Shown here: piece by piece, positions 15,141-24,944 of the stretch
Layout of the letters: each line of letters begins with the position of its first letter
Numbering within the stretch: the first letter of the stretch is position 1
Source of the DNA: Propionibacteriaceae bacterium
Lineage (GTDB): Bacteria > Actinomycetota > Actinomycetes > Propionibacteriales > Propionibacteriaceae
Assembly (NCBI GenBank): GCA_031256725.1
Contig: JAIRQE010000015.1
Span: forward strand, 60,001 to 92,000
DNA: 32,000 bases
Direction: 5' to 3'
Notes under the pieces: model-generated
Seen by the model: the letters and a program-made list of their open reading frames with translations, nothing else
Told to the model about the DNA's origin: nothing
Database searches by the model: none
Program-made: the position numbers and the translations under genes

Positions 15141-16241
15141 ATGTACGACTTTATCCCTGAGAATCCCTATCTTCTTCTCACCCCTGGTCCCCTGTCCACC
15201 TCCAAGACGGTACGCAATGCGCTCCTGCGCGACTGGTGTACCTGGGATGACGACTACAACCAAGAGATCGTACAAAACATCCGCCGTCGCTTGGTGGCAC
15301 TCGCCACCAAGAAAGTCGATGAATACACTGTCGTACTCATGCAAGGAAGTGGGTCCTTCTCAGTCGAGGCAACACTGGGAGCCTTGGACGGAAAGCTCCT
15401 CATCATCGCCAATGGTGCCTATGGCGAGCGCGCCCAAGAAATGGCCGAGGTACTCAAGATCGACCATGTGCGGTACACACTCCTCGAAACTGAGGCACCC
15501 GACCCAGCCAAGGTCGTGGATCTGTTGAATGATGATCCTGAGATCACCCATGTGGTACTCATTCACTGTGAGACAACAACAGGGATGCTCAATCCGCTCC
15601 CAGAGATTGCGAAAGTCGTCAAGGCTGCGGGTCGCATCCTCGTGGTGGATGCGATGAGTTCCTTTGGTGGGATCCCCATGGATCTTGCTGAGCTGGGAAT
15701 CGACTTCCTGATCTCTTCATCCAACAAGTGCATCCAGGGTGTGCCAGGATTCGGGTTCATCATTGCCCGCAAGTCCGAATTGGCCAAGTGTGAAGGCAAG
15801 GCTCGCTCCCTGTGTCTTAACCTCTATGACCAGTGGAAGGCCATGGATTCCTCCGGAAAATGGCGTTTCACCTCCCCGACCCACGTCGTACGCGCCTTCT
15901 TCCAGGCACTCAACGAACTAGAGGAGGAAGGCGGGGTTGCTGCACGTCACGCTCGGTACTGTGAGAATCAGAAACTCCTTGTCGAAGGGATGACTAAGGC
16001 TGGGTTCGAGGTCTTGTTGCCCGAGAACCTCCAGTCACCCATCATCACTTCCTTCCTGTATCCAGAGGCTGACTTCGACTTCACGTCCTTTTATGAGCAG
16101 GCCAAAGCACGAGGGTTTGTTCTCTATCCGGGCAAGATTTCCCAGGCGGATACCTTCCGTATCGGCAATATTGGTGAGGTTTACCCCGACGATATCCGTG
16201 AACTAGTCAAGGTTGTACGCGAGATTCGTGGGTTGAACTGA
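15141..16241 (+). CDS. phnW: 2-aminoethylphosphonate--pyruvate transaminase
   Basis: 366-aa class V aminotransferase. '[31 protein letters not shown]' is the characteristic PhnW N-terminus. PLP-lysine region '[12 protein letters not shown]'. It starts 3 nt after phnX. Confidence 0.9.
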   Translation: MYDFIPENPYLLLTPGPLSTSKTVRNALLRDWCTWDDDYNQEIVQNIRRRLVALATKKVDEYTVVLMQGSGSFSVEATLGALDGKLLIIANGAYGERAQEMAEVLKIDHVRYTLLETEAPDPAKVVDLLNDDPEITHVVLIHCETTTGMLNPLPEIAKVVKAAGRILVVDAMSSFGGIPMDLAELGIDFLISSSNKCIQGVPGFGFIIARKSELAKCEGKARSLCLNLYDQWKAMDSSGKWRFTSPTHVVRAFFQALNELEEEGGVAARHARYCENQKLLVEGMTKAGFEVLLPENLQSPIITSFLYPEADFDFTSFYEQAKARGFVLYPGKISQADTFRIGNIGEVYPDDIRELVKVVREIRGLN

Positions 16242-16244
16242 TCC

Positions 16245-16784
16245 TCACCCTAGAGGTACCTCAGCGAGCGGGGTGTACAGGGGATGACCCCCAGCGCCCT
16301 CGCCGAGACTGGATTCGTAGAGGGTGATGTGATCGACCATCCACGCCGGGCCACGATAGATGGCCAGAGCAGCCATGGTGGAGGATAGTTCAGCTTTGCG
16401 ACCTGATCGGGAGATCGTCACATGGAATCGGTTCTTCGTGTGCTGGTCTCCAATGGCGTAATCCCCACGTACCCTCTCAGCAAGTGGGTTGAGAGACCCA
16501 CTGGGGTCAGTGGTACCGATCCAACACACATCCCTATGAAAGACCCCGGCACCACCAAGGGCAATCTCAAAGGGTACGGTCGCCACTGCCGCAGTCTGAA
16601 GGTTCCCAATCAACTCGTCAAGAACCCCCTCAGGCTGATTCCCGTAAAAGGCCAGCGTAATATGCCAGTTCATCTGGGGAATCCAGGGGTTCCGCGACCG
16701 CCCGGGAAGTCGTACCATCTCTAAGGCCCCAGCTACATGGTCGCTCACCTCTCCCGGCAGAGCGATCCCAGCGAAAACTCTCAT
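16245..16784 (-). CDS. thpR: 2H-phosphoesterase family, RNA 2',3'-cyclic phosphodiesterase (LigT/ThpR-like)
   Basis: 179-aa ORF with the two H-x-T/S-x motifs 'WHITLAF' and 'FHVTISR'. It starts 12 nt after the clpC stop. Confidence 0.75.
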   Translation of the reverse strand: MRVFAGIALPGEVSDHVAGALEMVRLPGRSRNPWIPQMNWHITLAFYGNQPEGVLDELIGNLQTAAVATVPFEIALGGAGVFHRDVCWIGTTDPSGSLNPLAERVRGDYAIGDQHTKNRFHVTISRSGRKAELSSTMAALAIYRGPAWMVDHITLYESSLGEGAGGHPLYTPLAEVPLG

Positions 16785-16796
16785 AGGGCCACAAAA

Positions 16797-19301
16797 TCAG
16801 TCAAGGGAAGCAAGTTCCTCAAGGGCAGAATCGGTGATCTCGGTCTTGGGCATTCCCTGGAAAGTGAACGGGAATTCCGCGCCCTCTTCAGCAACATCCA
16901 CGAGGACCACTTCCCCGACATGCAACTCACCGTAGAGGATCTTTTCAGCAAGCTGATCCTCAATGTCGCGTTGCAGGGCGCGACGCAGCGGGCGAGCACC
17001 CAAGGTCGGATCGTAGCCTCGTTCCGCGATCTTGGTCTTAGCTGCAGGAGTGAGTTCGAGACCCATATCGCGGTCTGCGAGACGCAGTTCGATCTGGGCG
17101 ACCAGCAGATCCACGATCTGTTCGATCTCGTCGTGGCTCAACTGGTGGAAGACGATGATCTCATCGACACGGTTGAGGAACTCGGGACGGAAGTGCTGCT
17201 TGAGTTCGTCACTCACCTTAGCCTTCATGGCGTCATAGGATCCGAAACCCTCATTGTCTTTCGAGAAGCCCAGACCCACAGCCTTCGAGATGTCACGGGT
17301 ACCCAGGTTGGTCGTCATCACGATGACAGTGTTCTTGAAGTCGACCACGCGGCCTTGAGCATCAGTCAAACGACCCTCGTCCAGGATCTGGAGCAGGGAG
17401 TTGAAGATGTCTGGGTGAGCTTTTTCGACCTCATCGAAGAGCACAACGGAGAAGGGGCGGCGGCGTACCTTCTCGGTGAGCTGACCACCCTCTTCGTACC
17501 CAACGAACCCAGGAGGGGAACCAAACAACCGTGAGGCTGTGTGCTTCTCTGCGTATTCCGACATGTCGAGGGTGATGAGCGCATCCTCATCCCCGAAAAG
17601 GAATTCGGTGAGCGCCTTGCTGAGTTCGGTCTTTCCAACGCCAGAGGGTCCAGCGAAGATGAAGGAGCCGGAGGGGCGTTTGGGATCCTTGAGTCCTGCA
17701 CGGGTACGGCGGATGGAACGCGAGAGGGCGTGTACTGCATCGGTTTGGCCGATGATCCTCTTGCCGATTTCGGCCTCCATCTGCAGCAGACGGGAGCTTT
17801 CCTCCTCGGTGAGCTTGAAGACCGGGATGCCTGTTGAGGCGCTGAGGACTTCAGCGATCTGCTCCTCGTCGACGGAGGCTGGTACTGCTTCTCCTGAGGC
17901 CTTCCACTCGGCATCAGCGCGTTCACGCTCAGCGAGAAGGTTGAGTTCTTGGGTACGAAGGTTGGCAGCAGCTTCGTAATCCATAGTCTCCGCAGCGGAT
18001 TCGCGTTCACGGCGTACCTGAGCAATCTTCTCATCGATCTCACGAAGGTTGGTGGGGGCTGTCATTAGCTTGATGCGCAGACGTGCGCCCGCCTCATCAA
18101 TCAGGTCAATTGCCTTGTCAGGCAGGAAACGGTCAGCCACATAACGATCAGCGAGTTGGGCTGCAGCAGTAAGAGCACTATCGGTGATCGTGACCCGGTG
18201 ATGGGTTTCGTACCTATCTCTGAGGCCCTTGAGGATCTCAATGGTGAGTGCGATAGAGGGCTCGTCAACGTTGATTGGCTGGAAGCGTCGCTCAAGTGCG
18301 GCGTCCTTTTCGATGTACTTGCGGTACTCGTCAAGGGTGGTCGCGCCAATGGTTTGCAACTCCCCACGAGCCAACATGGGCTTGAGGATGGAGGAAGCAT
18401 CGATAGCACCTTCGGCCGCACCAGCGCCGACCAGGGTGTGGATCTCATCAATGAAGATCATGATGTCGCCACGCTGTTTGATCTCGGCGAGTACCTTCTT
18501 CAAGCGTTCCTCGAAGTCGCCACGATAGCGTGAACCGGCGACCAGGGCTCCCATGTCGAGGGTGTAAATCTGCTTGTCTTTGAGGGTTTCTGGCACGTCT
18601 CCACGGATGATGGCCTCAGCGAGACCCTCCACGACGGCGGTCTTTCCAACGCCAGGTTCACCCACCAAAACAGGGTTGTTTTTGGTACGCCTAGACAGAA
18701 CTGTCATGACGCGCTCAATCTCCTTCAAGCGCCCAACCACAGGATCAAGCTTGCCTTCGCGGGCAGCCTGAGTGAGGTTACGGCCAAACTGGTCGAGGAT
18801 CTTCGAGCCGGTCGTGTTCGTTGAACGCTCAGGGGCCCCAGCCATCGCAGCCTGCTTGGTCTGTTGGAATCCACTGAGAAGGGAAAGTACCGTTTCGCGC
18901 ACCGTTCCCAAGTCGACACCCATCTTGATGAGTACCTGCGAAGCAACCCCTTCACCTTCACGAAGAAGACCCAAAAGGATGTGCTCGGTACCAATATAGG
19001 GATGGTTCAGTTGAAGAGCCTCACGCAAAGACAGTTCAAGGACACGCTTAGCCCGAGACGTGAAGGGGATATGACCAGCAGGAGCCTGGGACCCCTTACC
19101 GATGATCTCCTCGACCTCTTTGTGGGCAGGTTCGAGTGTGATCCCCAATTGTGTGAGAGCCTTGGCTGCGACACCTTCACCCTCACTGATCAGTCCAAGC
19201 AGGATGTGCTCGGTACCGACATAGTTGTGGTTCAACTTCCGCGCTTCGTCTTGAGCCAAGATGACTACGCGACGTGCCCGATCAGTGAATCTTTCAAACA
19301 T
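16797..19301 (-). CDS. clpC: ATP-dependent Clp protease ATP-binding subunit ClpC (ClpC1)
   Basis: 834-aa ORF. Duplicated Clp_N repeats ('[37 protein letters not shown]'). Two AAA+ modules with Walker A 'GEPGVGKT' and 'GPSGVGKT'. UVR-like linker motif ('[10 protein letters not shown]'). GAGGAG SD. Confidence 0.95.
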   Translation of the reverse strand: MFERFTDRARRVVILAQDEARKLNHNYVGTEHILLGLISEGEGVAAKALTQLGITLEPAHKEVEEIIGKGSQAPAGHIPFTSRAKRVLELSLREALQLNHPYIGTEHILLGLLREGEGVASQVLIKMGVDLGTVRETVLSLLSGFQQTKQAAMAGAPERSTNTTGSKILDQFGRNLTQAAREGKLDPVVGRLKEIERVMTVLSRRTKNNPVLVGEPGVGKTAVVEGLAEAIIRGDVPETLKDKQIYTLDMGALVAGSRYRGDFEERLKKVLAEIKQRGDIMIFIDEIHTLVGAGAAEGAIDASSILKPMLARGELQTIGATTLDEYRKYIEKDAALERRFQPINVDEPSIALTIEILKGLRDRYETHHRVTITDSALTAAAQLADRYVADRFLPDKAIDLIDEAGARLRIKLMTAPTNLREIDEKIAQVRRERESAAETMDYEAAANLRTQELNLLAERERADAEWKASGEAVPASVDEEQIAEVLSASTGIPVFKLTEEESSRLLQMEAEIGKRIIGQTDAVHALSRSIRRTRAGLKDPKRPSGSFIFAGPSGVGKTELSKALTEFLFGDEDALITLDMSEYAEKHTASRLFGSPPGFVGYEEGGQLTEKVRRRPFSVVLFDEVEKAHPDIFNSLLQILDEGRLTDAQGRVVDFKNTVIVMTTNLGTRDISKAVGLGFSKDNEGFGSYDAMKAKVSDELKQHFRPEFLNRVDEIIVFHQLSHDEIEQIVDLLVAQIELRLADRDMGLELTPAAKTKIAERGYDPTLGARPLRRALQRDIEDQLAEKILYGELHVGEVVLVDVAEEGAEFPFTFQGMPKTEITDSALEELASLD

Positions 19302-19497
19302 TCCATCTCCTCATTTGCGGGTTTGGACCCACATAGACATCTATTCTACCAAGGGGTTACGATCTGAGCCGATTCTTGAGGCAAAGAAGACTGTGAAAGC
19401 GGTTGAAAAAGCGAGTTGTACCAAGGTACTGCACATAGCAGTTGGGAGAGACATATCCAGTTAGAATAGGCCGTACAGGACCAATGAAGGAGTCGGA

Positions 19498-19944
19498 ATG
19501 TTGAAGCCGGAGACAACTTTCCAAGAACCAGAGGGTTTCCAGCCGGGTGATGCGTCTGGGCCGAGTGCGTACACTCCCTATACACCCGCAGAGGAAGAGC
19601 GCCTTGTCATTCCCTATGCCTTAGCTGATAAGGAGCACCTCGTCATCCCACTGAAAGGCAGTATTCATACTGGGAAGACTGTCAGTGTCCAGGTTGGGGA
19701 CGACTCAATCGTCATCACACGTACGACTGGTGACCCCAACGCAGCGAGACTCGCCACGACGATTATCGGACCGCTGTTTCTATTCTTGGGGATCATCTTC
19801 CTTTGCGTCGCGATCTTTACAACAGACGGCGGGTCCGAGGTTCAAATGATCTTCGGAATCCTAGGTTCGGTCTTCTCCACTGTAGGTGGGATCGTCTCAG
19901 TTTTGGCCGTACAAGCCTGGCGTAGGTACCGTAACCTTCGCTGA
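19498..19944 (+). CDS. Hypothetical membrane protein (soluble N-terminal half, two C-terminal TM helices)
   Basis: 148-aa ORF with GAAGGAG SD 5 nt upstream. The short motif 'LVIP' occurs twice ('RLVIPYAL', 'HLVIPLKG'). TM segments: 'IIGPLFLFLGIIFLCVAIF' and 'IFGILGSVFSTVGGIVSVLAV'. I recognise no family. Confidence 0.55.
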   Translation: MLKPETTFQEPEGFQPGDASGPSAYTPYTPAEEERLVIPYALADKEHLVIPLKGSIHTGKTVSVQVGDDSIVITRTTGDPNAARLATTIIGPLFLFLGIIFLCVAIFTTDGGSEVQMIFGILGSVFSTVGGIVSVLAVQAWRRYRNLR

Positions 19945-20095
19945 GGTGTTCACGGTCCCCTCTGAAGGGGCAACAGAACATTCCATGACATAACGCTTGA
20001 ATCGTTTGTACCTAGATCGGTTGTGAGTCTGCCAATCGAGGTATAAATTATACGAACCCTATCGGCAGAAAAGGGCAACAGGAACGCAAGTCTTC

Positions 20096-20121
20096 GTTCT
20101 GGCGACCAAAACCGCCAGAAC
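20096..20121 (-). terminator. Hairpin downstream of hom (possible U-tract-less terminator)
   Basis: GTTCTGGCG-accaaaac-CGCCAGAAC, a 9-bp perfect stem 10 nt after the hom stop. No T-run follows on either strand. Confidence 0.3.
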
Positions 20122-20131
20122 ACAGCTCACC

Positions 20132-21181
20132 TTAGCTGCCAGTCGTACGGTAGAAGGCATCAATGGCGACGATGTCGCTGAGAAGGGCGAAGGCTGTTTC
20201 TTGGCGACCTGCACCCGGCCCAGAGATCGTAACCCGACCCAAGAATTCGGTCTCGAACATCACTGCATTCGTGGCACCAGAAATGGCGGCCAGGGGGTGT
20301 GTACTGTCGAGCATCTGTGGAGCTACCGAGGCATTCACCTTTCCGTCGGCACCCATTTCTGCTTGTCCGATGAGTTTCCAGTGGGCACCCTTGGCTGTAG
20401 CCTCGGCGATCATCCCAGGTGTGATCCCTGTGATTCCTTCCGTCACCACATCTGCAGCATCAAGGTCAGCACCCAAGAGCTCCTTCGCCAAGACAGTTAC
20501 CTTTAGGCGTACATCCGAACCCCCGATATCCGCAGTCGGGTCAGCTTCGGCGTACCCAAGGTCCTGAGCCTCCGTGATGGCGGCCTCAAGTGAAAGACCG
20601 GACTCCATCTGCGTGAGGACATAGTTGCTCGTACCATTCAAGATCCCAGAGAAGCCGGTGATACCGACACCCTTGAGGGGGCCTGAGGCTAGACGCAGTA
20701 CAGGGGTACCGCTCATGACAGCGCCCTCGAACTCGAAGCGTACGCCGTTCATGGCAGCCAACTCTTCCAACTCCCGAGCCGCGAAAGCAGCCGGACCCTT
20801 GTTGGTCGTACACACGGATTTCCCGGATTCCAAGGCCCACCGTACGTGGGAGAGACCAGGTTCGCCGTCCTCAGGGTTCGTGAACGTTGCTTCCATAACA
20901 ATGTCTGCTGGACCGTTGCAGATGATCGCCTGGTTGTCGCAGGTCTCCATCCCGCCCGGGAGGCTCGCGAAAGTCTGGCCCGGCGCGAGGCTCAGGGCAG
21001 CACCCAGATCCACACCTTGACCATCGACGACAGCACCGAAACGTAGATCAGTGATGGCGGTCACTGTCAGGGTGAACCCCAGTTTCTCGGCCAAGGCAGC
21101 ACCGTCATAGTGAATGACCTCTGTCAGGGCACGGTTGACATTCCCAAACCCGATCAACGCCAGGTTGTAGTTCCTGCTCAC
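20132..21181 (-). CDS. hom: Homoserine dehydrogenase, short form without C-terminal ACT domain
   Basis: The ORF track starts at a TTG at 21211. The GTG at 21181 has GGAGG 6 nt upstream and gives 349 aa, beginning 'VSRNYNLALIGFGNVNRAL' (Rossmann). HSD catalytic signature 'GILNGTSNYVLTQM...AQDLGYAEADPTADIGGSDVRLKVTVLA'. Confidence 0.8.
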   Translation of the reverse strand: MSRNYNLALIGFGNVNRALTEVIHYDGAALAEKLGFTLTVTAITDLRFGAVVDGQGVDLGAALSLAPGQTFASLPGGMETCDNQAIICNGPADIVMEATFTNPEDGEPGLSHVRWALESGKSVCTTNKGPAAFAARELEELAAMNGVRFEFEGAVMSGTPVLRLASGPLKGVGITGFSGILNGTSNYVLTQMESGLSLEAAITEAQDLGYAEADPTADIGGSDVRLKVTVLAKELLGADLDAADVVTEGITGITPGMIAEATAKGAHWKLIGQAEMGADGKVNASVAPQMLDSTHPLAAISGATNAVMFETEFLGRVTISGPGAGRQETAFALLSDIVAIDAFYRTTGS

Positions 21182-21364
21182 AGGCGTACCTCCAATCACT
21201 TCGGAAACCAATTATCCCCTATATCTTGAGCTATGGAAACCTCGGTTTCAGCAATACTACCGAGGCGATTGGACAGTCTTGGGGCTCGGGCTATTTTCGG
21301 GGTAGCATTGGGGAGATTGATCTTGCCGCGTTGAACGCGATTGACCTTGGAAAGGAGGATCACG

Positions 21365-22255
21365 GTGAGAGAACCCATTTTCCGCGGTGCCGCTACCGCG
21401 TTGGTTACGCCTTTCACACCCAGTGGGGAGGTGAATGTAGAGAAGCTGGGCGAATTGTTGGACCATCAAATCGCTGAAGGTATTGATGCCGTGGTCATCC
21501 TCGGTACAACAGGGGAATCCTCAACGACCCCAACTGACGAGCATATCGACATTGTTGCTAAGGCTGTCGAATTCGTTGGTGGACGTATTCCCATTATTGC
21601 TGGTACCGGTTCCAACTCCACAGCTGAGGCTATTCATTTGAGTCAGAAGGCTGAAGAGGTTGGTGCTGATGCGCTTTTGTCGGTGACGCCGTACTATAAC
21701 AAGACGAGTCAGAAGGGCTTGGTTGCCCATTTTTCAGCGATCGCTAAGAAGACTACGTTGCCGATCATTCTTTATAACGTACCTGGTCGTACGGGGATGA
21801 ATATCACCCCTGAAGCTTGTGCGGAGATGAGCCGCATCGAGAATATCGTTGGTGTCAAGGAGTGCAATACCGACCAGATGGGTATGATTCGTGCCCTGTG
21901 TGAACCCGACTTCACTTTGTACACTGGTGAAGACGGACTTGTTATTCCTATGCTTGGCTGGGGTGGTGTTGGTGTTATCTCTGTATGGAGCAACATTTGT
22001 CCCAAGGATGTACACACTCTGGTCACTAGTTGGCTTGAAGGGGATTACGATAAGGCTCGCGAAATCCAGATTAAAGGATTGCCCCTTATCAAGGCACTTT
22101 TCAGTGAAGTTAACCCTATTCCGGTTAAAGAGGCATTGAATATTCTTGGCTGGGAGGTTGGGGAACCTCGACTTCCGCTTATACGTGCTGAAGAGGGTAC
22201 ACGGGATATGCTTGCCACGGCTCTCAAGGAGTACGGCGTACAGCCTCGTCGCTGA
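21365..22255 (+). CDS. dapA: 4-hydroxy-tetrahydrodipicolinate synthase
   Basis: The ORF track starts at 21341. The in-frame GTG at 21365 is preceded by AAAGGAGG. The 296-aa protein has 'FRGAATALVTPF', 'GTTGESSTT', 'YYNKTSQKG' and the active-site Lys region 'IVGVKEC'. Confidence 0.93.
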   Translation: MREPIFRGAATALVTPFTPSGEVNVEKLGELLDHQIAEGIDAVVILGTTGESSTTPTDEHIDIVAKAVEFVGGRIPIIAGTGSNSTAEAIHLSQKAEEVGADALLSVTPYYNKTSQKGLVAHFSAIAKKTTLPIILYNVPGRTGMNITPEACAEMSRIENIVGVKECNTDQMGMIRALCEPDFTLYTGEDGLVIPMLGWGGVGVISVWSNICPKDVHTLVTSWLEGDYDKAREIQIKGLPLIKALFSEVNPIPVKEALNILGWEVGEPRLPLIRAEEGTRDMLATALKEYGVQPRR

Positions 22256-22443
22256 TCTTTCATTACTTGGCAGTCTGCACCTTTCATTCTGTTTGGTTGC
22301 TTGCTCATTCTGCGATAGTTAATTCTAATATAGAGTTAATTCATGATGAAGCAAACCGTAAAGCGGATTGGTTTTGGGGACTATCAGTGATGCCGTGCAG
22401 ATGAAGTTTGTATAAGGCGTTTCGGGCAATCAACAGGGATTTA

Positions 22444-23382
22444 CTAATTACCCACCTTGTTGGCCCAGTACTCATTCTTTTTTTCGTACAGGACGCCGTA
22501 CAGAGCGGAAATGTTTTCAAGAGCCGCAGCCTCTTCAGCTGTGGGTTCGTCCTCAGGGTTCGTGGAGTATTGCAGCGAGGGTACAACGAAATCCAGACTC
22601 GGATCTGGCATATAATCGGGAGGGTACTGCCCAGTCGTTTCAATGTGCCACCATTGACTGAGGTACTCCTGTTGCTCGGGGTTGAAGGTAGGGCAGGCCT
22701 CCACGAGGGTCCTCAACTCTTCTGCGGTTATGGTCACAGGGATGAGTACCGTAGGCCAATCGGACTCATCGGGGTCAATGGAAGCCTGGGAATCCTGGAT
22801 CATGGGCCACCCATTCGAGCGGGCACATCCTGCCCAAGCATTATTCGACTCAATCTGGCGGGACACTAGGTCGAAGTCCATATTTGTCGAACCCCAGGCC
22901 GCATGTTGGTTGTACCCTGACCTCTCCAGGCAGCGTGTGTAGACCATTGAATGGTCGACCCCATCGATCATCAAACCTGGGACCATGCTGTCGTCGAAGA
23001 ATGCTTGAGCCATGGCTAGGGCCTCGGGGTCGTGTTCGCGTTCATCATTAGAAGGCCAACGTAGGGTGCCTCCTTCGGGGCTGCGGATCATGAGCCACAG
23101 GTCTCCTGTGAATTGGACCACAGACTCATACCCGTCATGGTTCTCCACGAGTTCCACAGGTAGACCAGCGCCAGACATACAGTCGTAGAAGGACTGGGCA
23201 GCGGCAATCAGTTGGTCGGCACCCATGGTCGTTTCCGAGGGTTCCGGTTCGTCAACCTCAACATCAGGGGTACATCCGCTCACAAGTGCAAGGATGAGCG
23301 TAAGTACGAAAAACCACAGCAAACTAACGGAACTAACCCCATTCGCGTGAGGTGCCAAAGATTGTCGAAAGTCTCCCGCCAT
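22444..23382 (-). CDS. Hypothetical acidic, Trp-rich lipoprotein
   Basis: The ORF track starts at 23442, inside lysS. The ATG at 23382, 7 nt after the lysS stop codon, gives 312 aa with signal peptide and lipobox 'LILALVSGC'. The mature part is very acidic and contains four further Cys. No family recognised. Confidence 0.6.
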   Translation of the reverse strand: MAGDFRQSLAPHANGVSSVSLLWFFVLTLILALVSGCTPDVEVDEPEPSETTMGADQLIAAAQSFYDCMSGAGLPVELVENHDGYESVVQFTGDLWLMIRSPEGGTLRWPSNDEREHDPEALAMAQAFFDDSMVPGLMIDGVDHSMVYTRCLERSGYNQHAAWGSTNMDFDLVSRQIESNNAWAGCARSNGWPMIQDSQASIDPDESDWPTVLIPVTITAEELRTLVEACPTFNPEQQEYLSQWWHIETTGQYPPDYMPDPSLDFVVPSLQYSTNPEDEPTAEEAAALENISALYGVLYEKKNEYWANKVGN

Positions 23383-23389
23383 TACTGCC

Positions 23390-24907
23390 TCATCCGGTGG
23401 GTCGCAGTAGTGGGAAGAGGATGGTTTCGCGGATACCAGCACCGGTGAAGAGCATCATCACGCGGTCGATACCGACACCGACACCACCCATGGGTGGCGC
23501 ACCGAATTCGAGTGCCTTGAGGAAGTCTTCATCGAGTTGCATGGCTTCGGGGTCCCCACCAGCGGCCCGCAAGGATTGCTCCACGAGACGTTCACGCTGG
23601 ATCACAGGGTCGATGAGCTCGGAGAAGCCTGTACCTCTTTCAACACCACCAATGATGAGATCCCAGGCCTCAACCATGCGGGGATCATCACGATGGGGGC
23701 GGGCCAAAGGCTGAGCAATCGCAGGATAGTCACAGACGAAGGTCGGCTGGATCAGGGTTTCTTCCACCAACTCGGAGAAGAGTTCCATGGCCATTTTGCC
23801 CTGATCGAGTTTGGGGTCATAGGAGATCTCTCGCTCATCGGCGTACTTCCTCAGCTGCTCAAGGGAGGTGTCGGAAGTGACCTGCTCGCCGACAGCCTCA
23901 GAAACGAGGTCGAAGAATTTCGCCCACCGCCATTCACCATCAAGGTCGATGAACGTGTCATAAAACTCAATCTGGCGTGATCCTAGAGCAGCATCAGCCG
24001 CATTCTGGATCAGACGCCGAGTGGTGTCAGCGACAGTCCACTGGTCGCCCCATGCAGCATAGAACTCCAGCATCGAGAACTCGGCCGAATGGGAGGAGTC
24101 GATCCCCTCATTGCGGAAGATCCGCCCGATTTCATATACCCTCTCAGCGCCACCGACCATGGCTCTCTTTAGGTAGAGCTCCAGCGCGATACGCAGGGTC
24201 ATGTCGATGTTGAAGGCATTGAGGTGGGTGTTGAAGGGTCGCGCGGTCGCCCCACCATGGAGGAGTTGGAGTACAGGAGTCTCAATCTCCAGGAACCCCT
24301 CCGAATCGAGGGTGTCCCGGATCGACTTCATGGCTGCCGACCTCATGCGTACCATATCGCGGGATTCGGAACGTACCACCAGATCGGCATAGCGCTGACG
24401 TACCCTCGTTTCTTCTGAAAGGTCCTTGTGAAGTACAGGCAGTGGTCGCAAAGCCTTGGACGCCATCGCCCAGGTGGTCGCCATGATGGACAGTTCACCG
24501 CGCTTGGAGGCGATGACCTGACCGGTCACCTGGATGAAGTCACCGAGATCCACATCCGATTTCCAGGATTCGAGGTGATCCTCACCGACCTCTGCCAGCG
24601 AGATCATGACTTGGAGGCGTTCCCCAGAACTCATGGACGAGAACCCGCCTTGGAGTGTGGCGAAACACAGCTTGCCGGTGTTGCGTAGAAAGATGACCCG
24701 ACCAGCCACACCAACGATCTCATCGGTTTCTTCGCCTGGTTCCAGGGAACCCCAGTTGGCGCGTACCTCATCTATGGAGATCGTACGGGCCACGCTGACG
24801 GCGTAGGGGGGCGTACCTTCATTAAGCAGGCGTGAGCGCTTGTCGAGGCGTACTCGCATCTGTTCGCTCAGGTCAGCGGGCTCAAAATGGTTGGGCTGTT
24901 CAGTCAC
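23390..24907 (-). CDS. lysS: Lysine--tRNA ligase (class II)
   Basis: The ORF track starts at 24985, which would overlap the divergent gene. The GTG at 24907 gives 'VTEQPNHFEPADLSEQMRVRLDKRSRLL...', matching the usual actinobacterial LysS N-terminus. Class II motifs: 'RVYEIGRIFRNEG' and 'GGVGVGIDRVMML'. Confidence 0.93.
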   Translation of the reverse strand: MTEQPNHFEPADLSEQMRVRLDKRSRLLNEGTPPYAVSVARTISIDEVRANWGSLEPGEETDEIVGVAGRVIFLRNTGKLCFATLQGGFSSMSSGERLQVMISLAEVGEDHLESWKSDVDLGDFIQVTGQVIASKRGELSIMATTWAMASKALRPLPVLHKDLSEETRVRQRYADLVVRSESRDMVRMRSAAMKSIRDTLDSEGFLEIETPVLQLLHGGATARPFNTHLNAFNIDMTLRIALELYLKRAMVGGAERVYEIGRIFRNEGIDSSHSAEFSMLEFYAAWGDQWTVADTTRRLIQNAADAALGSRQIEFYDTFIDLDGEWRWAKFFDLVSEAVGEQVTSDTSLEQLRKYADEREISYDPKLDQGKMAMELFSELVEETLIQPTFVCDYPAIAQPLARPHRDDPRMVEAWDLIIGGVERGTGFSELIDPVIQRERLVEQSLRAAGGDPEAMQLDEDFLKALEFGAPPMGGVGVGIDRVMMLFTGAGIRETILFPLLRPTG

Positions 24908-24944
24908 ACAGAAAGAATACCGTGGATGACGGTAGTCTTTTGAT

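Noticed and set aside
16737-17534. Long ORFs antisense to or out of frame with real genes. Examples: 265 aa on the plus strand opposite clpC, 205 aa at 1225-1842 opposite the response regulator, 225 aa at 17366-18043, 153 aa at 22408-22869, 154 aa at 13095-13559.
   Set aside because: They lie entirely within strongly supported genes with clear family motifs. They have low-complexity Arg/Ser/Pro-rich translations, lack SD sequences, and are the expected by-product of GC-biased codon usage.
20041-20053. Perfect 13-bp palindromes GTATAAATTATAC (20041-20053), CGCGTTGAACGCG (21327-21339) and TCTTGTGACAAGA (27023-27035) as operator candidates.
   Set aside because: With 6-bp arms, roughly 8 such palindromes are expected by chance in 32 kb. 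None recurs in a related promoter, so there is no support beyond position.
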